Notes: generated by a model not told the origin, from the letters alone. A stretch of DNA of 64,000 nucleotides from an uncultured Gammaproteobacteria bacterium (GCA_964415025.1 CAYPXF010000002.1:11825-75824); one strand, 5' to 3'. Shown: positions 42,771 to 52,591, counted from the first letter of the stretch. Numbers and translations: made by a program.

Positions 42771-45700
42771 TTAGCCTTTCCAACGATCCTCACAAATATC
42801 CCGGAAATCGCATGAATTGCACCAAAATCCCGGCGTGGCCGAAAAATCACTGACACGGATCTTAGCTACTACTTCTTCTAAATTATTTTTGACCTGCTCC
42901 AGGTGCTTTTCCTCGGCAGTAAAAGACAGCTTTTTATTCTTTTCAACATAGTAATAGCTTAAGAGGACGGGTTTTAATTGTAGCACATGACGAGCCGCGT
43001 AGTCATAGATCAGCAGCTGTTCCTTATCATTAGCCGCCAGCTTGCCGGATTTAGGCATTTTCCCGGTTTTATAATCTATTATTTCAACTTCTTTGTCTTT
43101 CCCGGCCGGGTCGATTCTATCGATCACGCCTTTGAAAACAGATTTAGCGAGTTTTATGTTGAACGGCTGTTCCAGGTACAGCGGTATGGGCCAGTTGTCC
43201 TTATGCGCTTCGTAGAATTCAACCAGTGACTGCTTGCCCTTGGCATAGTATTCTTCCATGTGCTGTTTGGAGAGGTACCAGTCGTCAATAAAATTCTGAT
43301 CGTACAGCTTTAACAAGTCGTCCAGGCTCGGTTTGATCGTACTTGCCCGCTTGGTATCTCGCTTACTCGCGACATTACCAAATAAATTTTCTTGCTGGGA
43401 AGAACCCTTTTCTTGTATAAGCTTAAAGAATTGAAATAACGTATTATGGATGGATTTTCCAAAGCTGAAGGTGTGGCGGCCTTCTACCGGCACTCGCAGA
43501 ATATGCGCGTATTTAAACTGCTTAGGGCACGTGGTGAACGCGCGCACCTGGGTATAGCTTGATTTGCCGGGGATGGCCTGCTGCAGCATGTCGAGCTCCC
43601 TGATCTCCTGCTGTTTGGATGCCGGCGGCTGGAGCTGATCGGCCATGTCTGCCTCTTCGGCCCCGGGCTTTTTTTCGAAGCCAAGCTCGATCAGGAAACG
43701 GGAAGGTTTTTTGGCACGGGCGCCGCCATAGTCTTCGGCAGACGTGAAAAACACCCCGTCCCTGGCCCGGGTCATGGCCACGTAAAACAGGCGGCGTTCT
43801 TCCTCGAGATGGATGTCGCCTTCGGGGATAATCTCCTTGACCAGCTCGTCCGGCAGGGCAATCGGCTCTTTGCGCTTGATCGACGGAAAACGCTTATCGA
43901 CTAAGCTCACGATAAACACGTACGGAAATTCTAACCCCTTAGCCCCGTGCACCGTCATAATGCGCACGGCTTCCGGCCCCTCTTCCATTTGCTGGCGCAA
44001 CGAGCCCCGCTCGCCTGCCGCCTTGGCCTGGTCCAGCTGATACAGAAAATGTTTGACGGTGGCATCCTCCTCGACCGCCTCAAACTGCTCGATCTCCCGG
44101 AAAAACTGGTTCAGATGGATTATTTTTTCGAAATTTTCTGGTGTATCTTTCTGGGTGATATGCTTGAGATATCCTGAATCCTTCATAAACCGCAGGGCCA
44201 GCGGCAGGGCGCCCTTGGCGCGCGCCAGCTGGGTATGCTTTTCGATCATACTGCGAATTTTGTCCAAAGCCTGGTGCATTTCCTGGGGCAGGCCCGGAAT
44301 AGCCCGTGACTGCTGGACTGCTTCCCACAGGGACATACTTTTGCGCCTGGCATAGTTTGACAGCCGCATCAGCCCGTCAGCCGGCATGTTCCAGTGGGGC
44401 AGGTTCAGCACCCGCCACAGGGCCGGCGATTCATGGTAATTATCCAGCATTTTGAGATACGAAACGACATCCATTATCTCCGGCTGGTAATACAGGCCGG
44501 ATGAAGCCAGGAAATGGTGCGGTATGTCATAGCGAGACAGGGCGGTGATAAATTCCTGGGCATAGTTATTAGCCCGCACCAGAATAGCAAAGTCGCTCCA
44601 TAATAATTTTTTGTCTTTTTTCTTCAGCTCGATGATTTTCTTGACCACGCCCGCGGTTTCCTCGGTATGCGATTTGAAATGCAGATGGTGGATAATCCCT
44701 TCATCACCCACGTGTGATTGTAATTTTTTGGAAATTTTACTTTCCAGGGGAGCGCCCTTGTCCCCGATCTGGCCGTTGGACAGTTGGTATTCCAGGCGGT
44801 TGGGATCGTTTTGTTTGATAAATTTATAGGCCATGTCCAGAATATTCTGTTTGGTGCGGTAGTTTTCCGTGAGCACGATTTCTCTGGACTGGGGAAAATC
44901 TTTTTTAAACTCGAGAATATTAGAGATAGCCGCGCCGCGGAATTTGTAGATAGAATTGTGCACTACTACATCATCAGCAATATAATTATGGGTACGCTCT
45001 ATTTCCAGGTCATATACCGCTTGTTTTTTCTTATGTTCAGATTTTTTTATAACTCGTTCATACTCGATATTGTGGCCGCATTTTACCGGAATAAAATGTC
45101 CAGGCAATACATTACCAGCCGGCATGACCAGAGCTGGCCGGTGCTGGTACTCAATCCGGCCTGCAGTGAACCTATTTTCGACAATACCGCCGGTGATGCG
45201 CCGTAATGTGTTGCATATCTGCCCTGCTTTCCTGATGTCGCTTGTCTGTATACGGAGCCGGTAACCTTTTTTACTGGGAGTAAGCTGATAACCGGCCTGT
45301 TTTATTTTCTGGAGAATAAATGTATCTGATGTTTCGATAGTTACCGCATGAGCAATAGCTGGATACTTCATAACAGGGCGTTTATTTTTAACATGATCTT
45401 TGCTGCGGTACTTCCGGTAACACATGTCTAGATATATTTTCACTCGGGATTTTCCGCCCCGTTTAACCCCTTGGAGCGCATAATGATATGCCTCCAAATC
45501 AATGTCTAAATCAGCTGCCAGATGCCGTACTGCCTGTTCTGTATCTATTTCATGGTATAGTTTTTCAAGCCATGAGTCAGTAATAGCTGCGCCGTCCCTT
45601 TTCTGGAAACAGACTGACGGAATACCATACCGCAACGCATAGTATACTTCCCAATACCGCGCTTCCTGTTCTGTAGTATACGCACTAATACCGATAATAT

Positions 45701-46886
45701 AATCAGCAGACCGTTCCAGCCGCAGCCGGCTGGCTATGTCATTTGTAATACCGATCCGCCAGCCAAATCCGGTTCGGTACATCAAATACACGTAATAACA
45801 AACATGCTGTGTATCTTTGCGCGGGACGTAACAAAAAAACTTGTGATTTGCCGTTGCAGTAATGCGTTTGCCTGATGTGGTAGTAAGTGTTACCAGTTTC
45901 GCATGTTTAGTATTTTTCATAACACGAGCAACCCTAGAAACGCCTATATGACCTTTACCCACGGCAGTCAATACCCTATCCCCTTTTTCGACCCGATCAA
46001 TGCGCCTGAGGCCTTGTTCCAGCTGGATTGTTGAATTACCGGGGAGGCACTGGTCGTCGTCGCCAACTACTGTCACGTTGTTGGTCGGCGCGGCCAGCAT
46101 TTTGACTAATTCGTACTGGGCGTAATTCGTGTCCTGGAATTCATCGACCAGGATGTATTTAAATTGCCCTTGATATTTTTTCAAAATCCTTGGCCGGGTT
46201 TTGAAAAGTTTGATAGTATACAAAATCAAATCACCGAAATCCAAAGCGCTTTTGTCCAGTAATAACTGCTGGTAGGTGTGGTACGCGTTAGCTACTTCGA
46301 TCATACGTTGGTCTTCGGAAATCTCATCGTCATCGTCTCCTTTTTTCTTCAGGAACTTATCGTCATCCCTGTCCAGCTGGATTTTTTTAGCGTACTCAAT
46401 GTATTCGTCAGGCATGATACCCTCGTCCTTGACCCGGGAAAAGTGCCGGACTAGCGCCTGGATAAACTTGGTCGGATTGCCGAGCGGCCGGTAGTAATCC
46501 AGATCAAACGCGTCGAAGTTTTGGCGTACCAACAGCATTTGTTCGGTCTCATCCAGTAAAGTATAATCCGGCGGCAAACCGATCTCCAGAGCATTATCGC
46601 CCAGGATACGGTCGCAAAACGCGTGAAACGTAGACACCCACAGATCCACATACCCATACGGCAGGAGCACATCCACCCGCTCCTCCATTTCACCGGCGGC
46701 TTTTTCTGTAAACGTCAAGGCCAGGATATTATCGGTGCTGATTTTTTGCTCAATGATAAGCCAGGCCAAACGCTGGGTAATGACCGTGGTCTTGCCCGTA
46801 CCCGCTCCGGCCACTATTAAGAGAGGTCCTTTGCCAAACTGGACGGCCTTTTTTTGCGCGTCATTGAGATTACCGGCAATATTCAT
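42771..46886 (-). CDS. UvrD/PcrA-family ATP-dependent DNA helicase with a C-terminal Cas4/AddB-like PD-(D/E)XK nuclease domain; contains an intein
   Basis: Helicase motifs (GAGTGKT, VDEFQDTN, VVGDDDQ | SIYKFRGA, TVHGAKGLEF). C-terminal IIDYKTG and CNSCDFRDIC. The start is taken at MNIAGN..., directly behind a TACAAT box. Confidence 0.9.
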   Translation of the reverse strand: MNIAGNLNDAQKKAVQFGKGPLLIVAGAGTGKTTVITQRLAWLIIEQKISTDNILALTFTEKAAGEMEERVDVLLPYGYVDLWVSTFHAFCDRILGDNALEIGLPPDYTLLDETEQMLLVRQNFDAFDLDYYRPLGNPTKFIQALVRHFSRVKDEGIMPDEYIEYAKKIQLDRDDDKFLKKKGDDDDEISEDQRMIEVANAYHTYQQLLLDKSALDFGDLILYTIKLFKTRPRILKKYQGQFKYILVDEFQDTNYAQYELVKMLAAPTNNVTVVGDDDQCLPGNSTIQLEQGLRRIDRVEKGDRVLTAVGKGHIGVSRVARVMKNTKHAKLVTLTTTSGKRITATANHKFFCYVPRKDTQHVCYYVYLMYRTGFGWRIGITNDIASRLRLERSADYIIGISAYTTEQEARYWEVYYALRYGIPSVCFQKRDGAAITDSWLEKLYHEIDTEQAVRHLAADLDIDLEAYHYALQGVKRGGKSRVKIYLDMCYRKYRSKDHVKNKRPVMKYPAIAHAVTIETSDTFILQKIKQAGYQLTPSKKGYRLRIQTSDIRKAGQICNTLRRITGGIVENRFTAGRIEYQHRPALVMPAGNVLPGHFIPVKCGHNIEYERVIKKSEHKKKQAVYDLEIERTHNYIADDVVVHNSIYKFRGAAISNILEFKKDFPQSREIVLTENYRTKQNILDMAYKFIKQNDPNRLEYQLSNGQIGDKGAPLESKISKKLQSHVGDEGIIHHLHFKSHTEETAGVVKKIIELKKKDKKLLWSDFAILVRANNYAQEFITALSRYDIPHHFLASSGLYYQPEIMDVVSYLKMLDNYHESPALWRVLNLPHWNMPADGLMRLSNYARRKSMSLWEAVQQSRAIPGLPQEMHQALDKIRSMIEKHTQLARAKGALPLALRFMKDSGYLKHITQKDTPENFEKIIHLNQFFREIEQFEAVEEDATVKHFLYQLDQAKAAGERGSLRQQMEEGPEAVRIMTVHGAKGLEFPYVFIVSLVDKRFPSIKRKEPIALPDELVKEIIPEGDIHLEEERRLFYVAMTRARDGVFFTSAEDYGGARAKKPSRFLIELGFEKKPGAEEADMADQLQPPASKQQEIRELDMLQQAIPGKSSYTQVRAFTTCPKQFKYAHILRVPVEGRHTFSFGKSIHNTLFQFFKLIQEKGSSQQENLFGNVASKRDTKRASTIKPSLDDLLKLYDQNFIDDWYLSKQHMEEYYAKGKQSLVEFYEAHKDNWPIPLYLEQPFNIKLAKSVFKGVIDRIDPAGKDKEVEIIDYKTGKMPKSGKLAANDKEQLLIYDYAARHVLQLKPVLLSYYYVEKNKKLSFTAEEKHLEQVKNNLEEVVAKIRVSDFSATPGFWCNSCDFRDICEDRWKG
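44955..46049 (-). other. intein (365 aa) inserted in helicase motif III between DDDQ and SIYKFRGA
   Basis: Begins CLPGNSTIQL, has block B TATANH, and ends VVVHN followed by S. The extein motif VGDDDQ/SIYKFRGA is reconstituted on removal. Confidence 0.8.
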
Positions 46887-46990
46887 GATGGTATTGTAGC
46901 ATACAAAAAGCATTGACAAAAAGTTTATTAGCACGCTCCAATGTATCAATACTAAAATAGTATTTTGTTTTCTTACATAAAAAAGAAACG

Positions 46991-47224
46991 ATGGATGCCT
47001 TTATCCAAGCATGTGCCAGTGAACCAGGTGCCCGAGAAGCAGCGCAAACAAGGACGCACATCACGGCCGTGTACCCGATAGATGACTACAAATGCGGCGC
47101 CATCACTGATGATGAGTCAGTTCTAGAACGCATGAGCTCATGCCCGGGATTTTATAAGTGGAGCAATCAGGACGGTCTGCACTTGGCAGAGTTTGCCCCC
47201 CTGTCTACGGTAATGCCGCTGTAG
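46991..47224 (+). CDS. hypothetical small protein (doubtful)
   Basis: 77-aa ORF followed by a bidirectional terminator at 47324-47356. No SD. Confidence 0.25.
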   Translation: MDAFIQACASEPGAREAAQTRTHITAVYPIDDYKCGAITDDESVLERMSSCPGFYKWSNQDGLHLAEFAPLSTVMPL

Positions 47225-47323
47225 CAGGTATCGGGGGCCGCTTATTTACCCAATATGCCGTCAGATGACTATAATCAGGATCCGATTATCCACACAGACT
47301 GAAGCACTGCTCCTTAGCAAAGC

Positions 47324-47356
47324 AAAACGCACTCTTTTGATTGAGTGCGTTTTTTA
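47324..47356. terminator. bidirectional rho-independent terminator (AAAACGCACTC...GAGTGCGTTTT)
   Basis: 11-bp stem flanked by A and T runs, read directly. Confidence 0.55.
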
Positions 47357-47370
47357 TTACTGTAAACTGT

Positions 47371-47769
47371 TTATTCCGTGGTCTGGCCGTCGAATTCCGG
47401 TTCGCTAGCCTCGGCCTCTTCTTTTGTCTTCCGTACTACGCCGTCTTTATGGTGGGCCGGTGAATAAATCGTGTACAGCTTGAGCATGTCGGCATCCGAC
47501 GTATTGACGACATTATGTTCACTGCCGGCCGGCACTACGATAGCACTGCCGTCGCCGACCTCGTATTCATTGCCGTCGATAATAACTTTACCCTGGCCTG
47601 CTTCGAACCGGAAAAACTGGTCGTTTTCGCCGTGCACTTCCATGCCGATCTCACTGTCCGGGGCAATGGCCATCAGCACCAGCTGGCTGTGCTTGGCCGT
47701 GTAGAGTACTTTGCGGAAATTGTCGTTTTCCACTGTCGCTTTTTCAATGTTGTCATGAAATCCTTTCAT
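47371..47769 (-). CDS. cupin-domain protein
   Basis: Cupin motifs (GMEVHGENDQFF...IVVPAGSEHNVVN). Confidence 0.7.
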   Translation of the reverse strand: MKGFHDNIEKATVENDNFRKVLYTAKHSQLVLMAIAPDSEIGMEVHGENDQFFRFEAGQGKVIIDGNEYEVGDGSAIVVPAGSEHNVVNTSDADMLKLYTIYSPAHHKDGVVRKTKEEAEASEPEFDGQTTE

Positions 47770-47965
47770 ACGTTTTGTGGTTTAATGATTTTTCATATTT
47801 ATCATACCAATGCGCTGACACCTTGACAAATCGTGCATTATTTTTCCAGCATATACATATTTCTTATAATCGCTGTGATGCTGTTTGACAAATATATTCT
47901 ACATAGTAACTTACATATTAGTACCTAAAAAATCTTTTACCTGCATTTTCAAGGAGGGATACAGC

Positions 47966-48346
47966 ATGAAATTCGTGATTGAGGCCGGCGCCATGTTACT
48001 GGATACGCTAGAAAACCAGGATAAAGAAATCGTGCATATCCAGTACGATATTGTTACCAGAAATACTCCGGCGACTACTTACCGCTGGTTATACAGCCGT
48101 TGGACATATACGATTATTGGTTTTGCCGATCCCAGAGTGAAGGATATGGATATTGAGGTTTATAAGCTGGTTGACACTATGTGGATACCAATAGCCAATG
48201 ATACGCTAAGGAATAAACTCCCTATGGTCGAAATCACTCCGGGTTCTGCGGCGCTTTATAAAATTATCGTCAGCGCGTACGAATTCATCGAGCCCTTTGT
48301 GGCAGCACATTACGGACTGATAGTTTATCACGTCAAGCCAGATTGA
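47966..48346 (+). CDS. hypothetical protein
   Basis: SD AAGGAGGG 7 nt upstream of the ATG at 47966. No recognised domain. Confidence 0.5.
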   Translation: MKFVIEAGAMLLDTLENQDKEIVHIQYDIVTRNTPATTYRWLYSRWTYTIIGFADPRVKDMDIEVYKLVDTMWIPIANDTLRNKLPMVEITPGSAALYKIIVSAYEFIEPFVAAHYGLIVYHVKPD

Positions 48347-48439
48347 TAAATCCGGCGCCAGCGTTATGCGCCTCCTTGTGTGATAATCCTGTCCATCAAA
48401 TGCTCGCAGTTTATGGTACTACTATGACTGTGGGCTTTT

Positions 48440-48826
48440 TTATGTGCGCATAAATTCACCCGGCGTGTGTACCGTAATCGGCAGCTGGCTCCGTACGTCG
48501 AGTATATGGCGGTCGTTACTAATAATCGGCGCGCCGGTTGCCTTCGCTAGGGCGGCAAACTTCCGGTCGTCTGGATCCTTGATCAGGCTGAACGCCTTCT
48601 CGTTTGTCGGTCCGGTGAACTCCTGATCTGGCTTAAAAAGGTCAGCAATATCTTCCCAGTCAAGCGGCGGGATTTGGTTGAGCAACTTCTTAGTCTCGCG
48701 TTTGGTTTTTTGGTTCCAAATCAACCAGTGCTCTCCTTTCCGCGCAGCCTGTACAACACGGGCCGAACTGCTGTGCCGGTTAAATTCCGCGGCGATAAAT
48801 ATGTTGGTATCGAGGATGAGTTGCAT
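48440..48826 (-). CDS. PIN-domain (VapC-like) protein
   Basis: LILDTNIFIAA and IISNDRHI acidic-residue blocks. No cognate antitoxin ORF lies upstream. Confidence 0.7.
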   Translation of the reverse strand: MQLILDTNIFIAAEFNRHSSSARVVQAARKGEHWLIWNQKTKRETKKLLNQIPPLDWEDIADLFKPDQEFTGPTNEKAFSLIKDPDDRKFAALAKATGAPIISNDRHILDVRSQLPITVHTPGEFMRT

Positions 48827-48855
48827 AGACTTATTGTACTTCGTATGAATGAATA

Positions 48856-49440
48856 TTAAAATAGTCTCTTGATTTTCTCCTGACTAGCGTATTGATACGG
48901 TAAATGTTTGAATGCTACCGGCAGTCTAGATTTGTCCGGATTCTGGCGGATGTAGTCAATGGTGTTATTCAGGTATGTGTTCGTGGTCATGATGCGCGTG
49001 TAGAAGCGCGACTGCAGACAAGAATGTTTTATGTTGTATTTTACCCTCATTTGTTCGTAGAAATAGGATTTGATGGTATACAGTACATCCGATATGGTGT
49101 ATGGATTGTCTCCCACCGCGGGCCGGGACACACGCGTTGGGAGGTGGTTATGGGATCCTGTTCTCTCCCTCTCCCCATCGCGGGTCTCTGCGCCCGCGAT
49201 GAGCCCGTCAAACGCCGTCGCGTTCATGATTAACAAATGTACGTAGTCCGGCATTATCTGGTATGCCAAACTATTGCAGCAAACAAAACCGCCACGTAGT
49301 TTACGTGACGGCCTGTAATAAAGAGCGTTTAGTTAATTATCATACAGTGAACATGCACTGTATTGCATTGATAATGCTATCAGCTCTCCTCCGTAACAGT
49401 CAAAACGTGCATTGCAAAATAAAACCCGCCAAACTTATTG
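48856..49440 (-). pseudogene. COG1943/IS200-like (RAYT-type Y1) transposase remnant in at least three frames
   Basis: Main ORF has PDYVHLLI (HuH), SRFYTRI, and YIRQNP with a downstream Y. Upstream fragments in other frames read FYFAMHVLTVTEE and LIALSMQYSACSLYDN. Confidence 0.45.
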
Positions 49441-49591
49441 TTCAGCGGACTGATCAAACGCGAGCTGGCCCGGGGTAACCGGCTGTTCGTCGCCACATTG
49501 ATGGCAAAACAGGCATTGGGTAGTATAGCCTACCTGCCATGAATCAGTAGCGACCTGCGCGCGTTCGACCTAACTGCAATAAGGGTAATGC

Positions 49592-49660
49592 AGGTACTAC
49601 TTAATTTCTTCAAGCGTACCCTCGACCCAGGCGTCTAATGCCAGGTGGCGAGCTCAATCT
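49592..49660 (-). repeat. remnant copy of the 3' end of the Cas4-like nuclease gene (about 88% identical to 51927-51985)
   Basis: Translates to AWVEGTLEEIK then a stop. Matches the ...AWVEGTLEEIKQC C-terminus of the 51839-52591 gene. Confidence 0.5.
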
Positions 49661-51021
49661 ACCCGATACGGCGCGATAGGCGTATGCCGACTCTTTCCTG
49701 ATTTGGCAAACCGTGCATAGTGCTTGCGTATTATGCGCAATGCTGCCGCGTTGTCTTTGGCCACATAGATATTGTCCGTATCATGCGGACTGATATAGCC
49801 GGCCTTCACCGGATGCTTTTTTATCCAGGCATATAATGCTTCCCACATGTTTCCGATCAGAATAAGGGGAATAGAGCGGACATGCTTTACCTGGGTGAGC
49901 TGCCACGCGTAAAAGAATTCCAGACACGTCCCCACGCCGCCCGGCATGACCACGACCGCGCCCGACAGAGCCATGAAGTAATCCAGCCGGTGCGAAAATT
50001 TATCAAATTCCTTTTTTATTTCCAGATGGCCGTTGTCCTCAATCTCCCAGGGCAGCCTGATCCGCAATCCCATAGAATCTGATTTATTATCCGTGTCACC
50101 GGCCGCGTGCCCGGCGTTGGCGGCCATCATCAGGCCCGGACCGCCGCCGGTCACGATGTCGATATGCTGTTCCCCGATAGCTTTGGCCAGAGCAAACGTC
50201 TGCCGGTACAGGGTGTCGTTTTTCCTGATCCGGGCTGATCCGAATATGGCCACGCGGAATTCACGCTTGTCCAGCTCTTGTCTCATCCTTTTCTCCACCA
50301 CATCATTACGCTCGAGCCATGCTTCGGCTTCGGTAATGATGGCGCGCATCATGCGCACCGATTCGACCGGGTATGTGCCGATAGCCGTCTCTTCAGACAG
50401 CATCACCGCGTGCGAGCCGTCAAACACCGCCGTAGCCACGTCATTGACCTCGGCGCGAGTGGGCTGCTTGCGGGCAGTCATGGAAAGTAGCATTTCCGTG
50501 GCCGTGATGACGAGCTTTTGTTTGATCAGCGATTTCTTGGTAAATTCTTTTTGCAGGGCCGGCACTTCCGGCAATGTAACAGCATTGCCCAAATCACCGC
50601 GCGCGATCATAATGCCGTCGGCAGCGTCCAGGATCGCATCAAAATTTCTAACCCCGGCGCTGGTTTCAATTTTGGCGATGACAAAACACCCGGGCAGGGC
50701 GTGGCGCACCGCCGCGATCTGATCCGGGCGCTCGGTGAAGGACAGAGCGATGTATTTGATCTTATGGTTGCGGGCATACGTTAGCGTGTCCAGCTCCTTG
50801 ATATCCAGCATCACGCGGATCTTATTCCTGGTCTGCACCTGCTTCAGATTGCGCAGAATGCGGTCGTATTGCCGGCTATCCCCGTATGCCGTGTTGATAC
50901 GGATAAAATCAATGCCTTCCCGCGCCATTGCCCGGAAAACTCCGAGCTGCAGACTGGCCGGTCCAATAGTGGCGATTATTTTTGTTTTGATCTGCCGCCG
51001 CGCCTTTATTGATTTTTTCAT
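49654..51021 (-). CDS. fusion protein: pyruvate-kinase A-domain core (no B or C domain) fused to a LOG/TIGR00730-family domain
   Basis: PK motifs KIIATIGPAS, KIETSAGV, MIARGDLG, SEETAIGTYP. LOG motifs AIFGSARI, IVTGGGPGLMMAANAGH, PGGVGTCLEF. The start ATG lies 6 nt from a TATACT box. Confidence 0.75.
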   Translation of the reverse strand: MKKSIKARRQIKTKIIATIGPASLQLGVFRAMAREGIDFIRINTAYGDSRQYDRILRNLKQVQTRNKIRVMLDIKELDTLTYARNHKIKYIALSFTERPDQIAAVRHALPGCFVIAKIETSAGVRNFDAILDAADGIMIARGDLGNAVTLPEVPALQKEFTKKSLIKQKLVITATEMLLSMTARKQPTRAEVNDVATAVFDGSHAVMLSEETAIGTYPVESVRMMRAIITEAEAWLERNDVVEKRMRQELDKREFRVAIFGSARIRKNDTLYRQTFALAKAIGEQHIDIVTGGGPGLMMAANAGHAAGDTDNKSDSMGLRIRLPWEIEDNGHLEIKKEFDKFSHRLDYFMALSGAVVVMPGGVGTCLEFFYAWQLTQVKHVRSIPLILIGNMWEALYAWIKKHPVKAGYISPHDTDNIYVAKDNAAALRIIRKHYARFAKSGKSRHTPIAPYRVD

Positions 51022-51114
51022 GACTTTAGTATACCAAAACCCCGCCCGCCGCACGAGCCACGCTCCCGAGGTGATACCGGCGGAATGGATTATAAAGATT
51101 AATATTAGCAGCAG

Positions 51115-51693
51115 TTAAAATTTTTTTTCTGCTGTGGAGACTATTTTTGAATATTCATTAACTATCCCGCTCTGCAGACGGGACTGCAGGACGAACAGTA
51201 CTTCCCGATAATACCATTTTTCGGATCCAGGTACGGGTTCAGGCGCATTAAACTGTTTCCAAATAGCGTCCCCGTCCTTTGTATGCCATTTGACTAATGA
51301 TTTTAGATTGACTATTTTATCGGCACAACTAACCATCAGCGCTTCGGCACTGTTTTTCTCAAGCGCTTGAATATATTCCTCTTTTCTTCGACGCCATGTT
51401 GCCTTGCTCTTTTCCCGGCTGTCCGTGGGGTCTTTTTTTTCAGAAACTTCCAAAACAATCATGGCCACGTGGTGACCAAAAGCGCGGGTTAATTTTTCAC
51501 TGGTATAGCCAGCCACATCTTCTAGCGTATCATGCAGCCATCCGGCACAAAGGATATTTTCATCATCTGTATATTTTTGCAATACTTCAACCACGGCTTG
51601 CGGATGGACGATATAAGGCGTTACCCCGTCTTTTCGCAACATGTTCGCGTGGAGCGTTCTGGCCTCATGTTCTGCTTTTTGGACTTTTGACAT
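51115..51693 (-). CDS. HD-domain small alarmone hydrolase (RelA/SpoT hydrolase-like, SAH/Mesh1-type)
   Basis: YIVHPQAVVEVL...WLHDTLEDV...FGHHVAMIVLEVSEK matches the RelA/SpoT HD hydrolase core. Confidence 0.7.
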   Translation of the reverse strand: MSKVQKAEHEARTLHANMLRKDGVTPYIVHPQAVVEVLQKYTDDENILCAGWLHDTLEDVAGYTSEKLTRAFGHHVAMIVLEVSEKKDPTDSREKSKATWRRRKEEYIQALEKNSAEALMVSCADKIVNLKSLVKWHTKDGDAIWKQFNAPEPVPGSEKWYYREVLFVLQSRLQSGIVNEYSKIVSTAEKKF

Positions 51694-51838
51694 AACTGTT
51701 TATACTAATCCACGCTTCTCCTTCTTTTTTTGAAAAAACTGCCTTACGCAAATTTGATTGTTTAAGCGCCTCCATATTTTCCGCGGTCCGCTGCTGCAAT
51801 TTTTGTTATTTTTTGTGGGAATATTTTGGGAAATAGTT

Positions 51839-52591
51839 TTATTTGCTCTTCAGCTTGCCTATTGCCTCGCGGTACGCGCAATAATCACAGTCAGGATCAG
51901 CTTGTGGGACTTTTGGGGAATCCAGGCACTGTTTAATTTCCTCGAGCGTACCCTCGACCCAGGCGTCTGATCCCTGGTGCGGAATCAATGTCACTCTGAA
52001 CTCCAGCCTGGCGTCAAACGCCTCCTTGTCCGCCATGCCATTACAGTATACGAAATACCCGGTGTCCGACACCGTGTACCCGTTCTGGCGCAGCAGCCAC
52101 TGGTATACTTCCATCTGGCGTTTGTATCCGTCCTGCCAGGCCTGATTCAGCTCTTTTATATCATCTTTCTTAGCGGTTGATTTATAATCGACTACGTACA
52201 AATTCTTTTTTTTATCGACCCAGATATCATCGACCGCGCCAGTTATGGTAAATCCGGTTTTCGCATGATCAAACTTCACTCCCTTGAAATTCTCCCGCCA
52301 TTCATCCATATGCACGTTCTGGTACGGGACCAGATCCAGGCCGTATGAATGCAGTAATGGATGCACTTTATTGGCTGCCCGGTGCACGTCAAATTCCGTC
52401 TTGAGCAGGGCATCGACCGCGCTGTTGAGGTTAAAGGGGTATCCTGGCGGCCGTTTTATTCCCAGTTTATTATCGATATAAAAACACCGCGGACACTCGG
52501 TAAACAGATCTATCTTTGACCGGGACAGTTTCCAATGCTTGCCGCCGTAGTTATAGCTTTCTTTTCTCGGGACCTTGTAGTAATCGGACAT
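51839..52591 (-). CDS. Cas4/AddB-like PD-(D/E)XK nuclease with a four-Cys cluster
   Basis: CPRCFY near the N-terminus, D...VVDYKS catalytic motif, and a C-terminal CDYCAYRE. Confidence 0.65.
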   Translation of the reverse strand: MSDYYKVPRKESYNYGGKHWKLSRSKIDLFTECPRCFYIDNKLGIKRPPGYPFNLNSAVDALLKTEFDVHRAANKVHPLLHSYGLDLVPYQNVHMDEWRENFKGVKFDHAKTGFTITGAVDDIWVDKKKNLYVVDYKSTAKKDDIKELNQAWQDGYKRQMEVYQWLLRQNGYTVSDTGYFVYCNGMADKEAFDARLEFRVTLIPHQGSDAWVEGTLEEIKQCLDSPKVPQADPDCDYCAYREAIGKLKSK

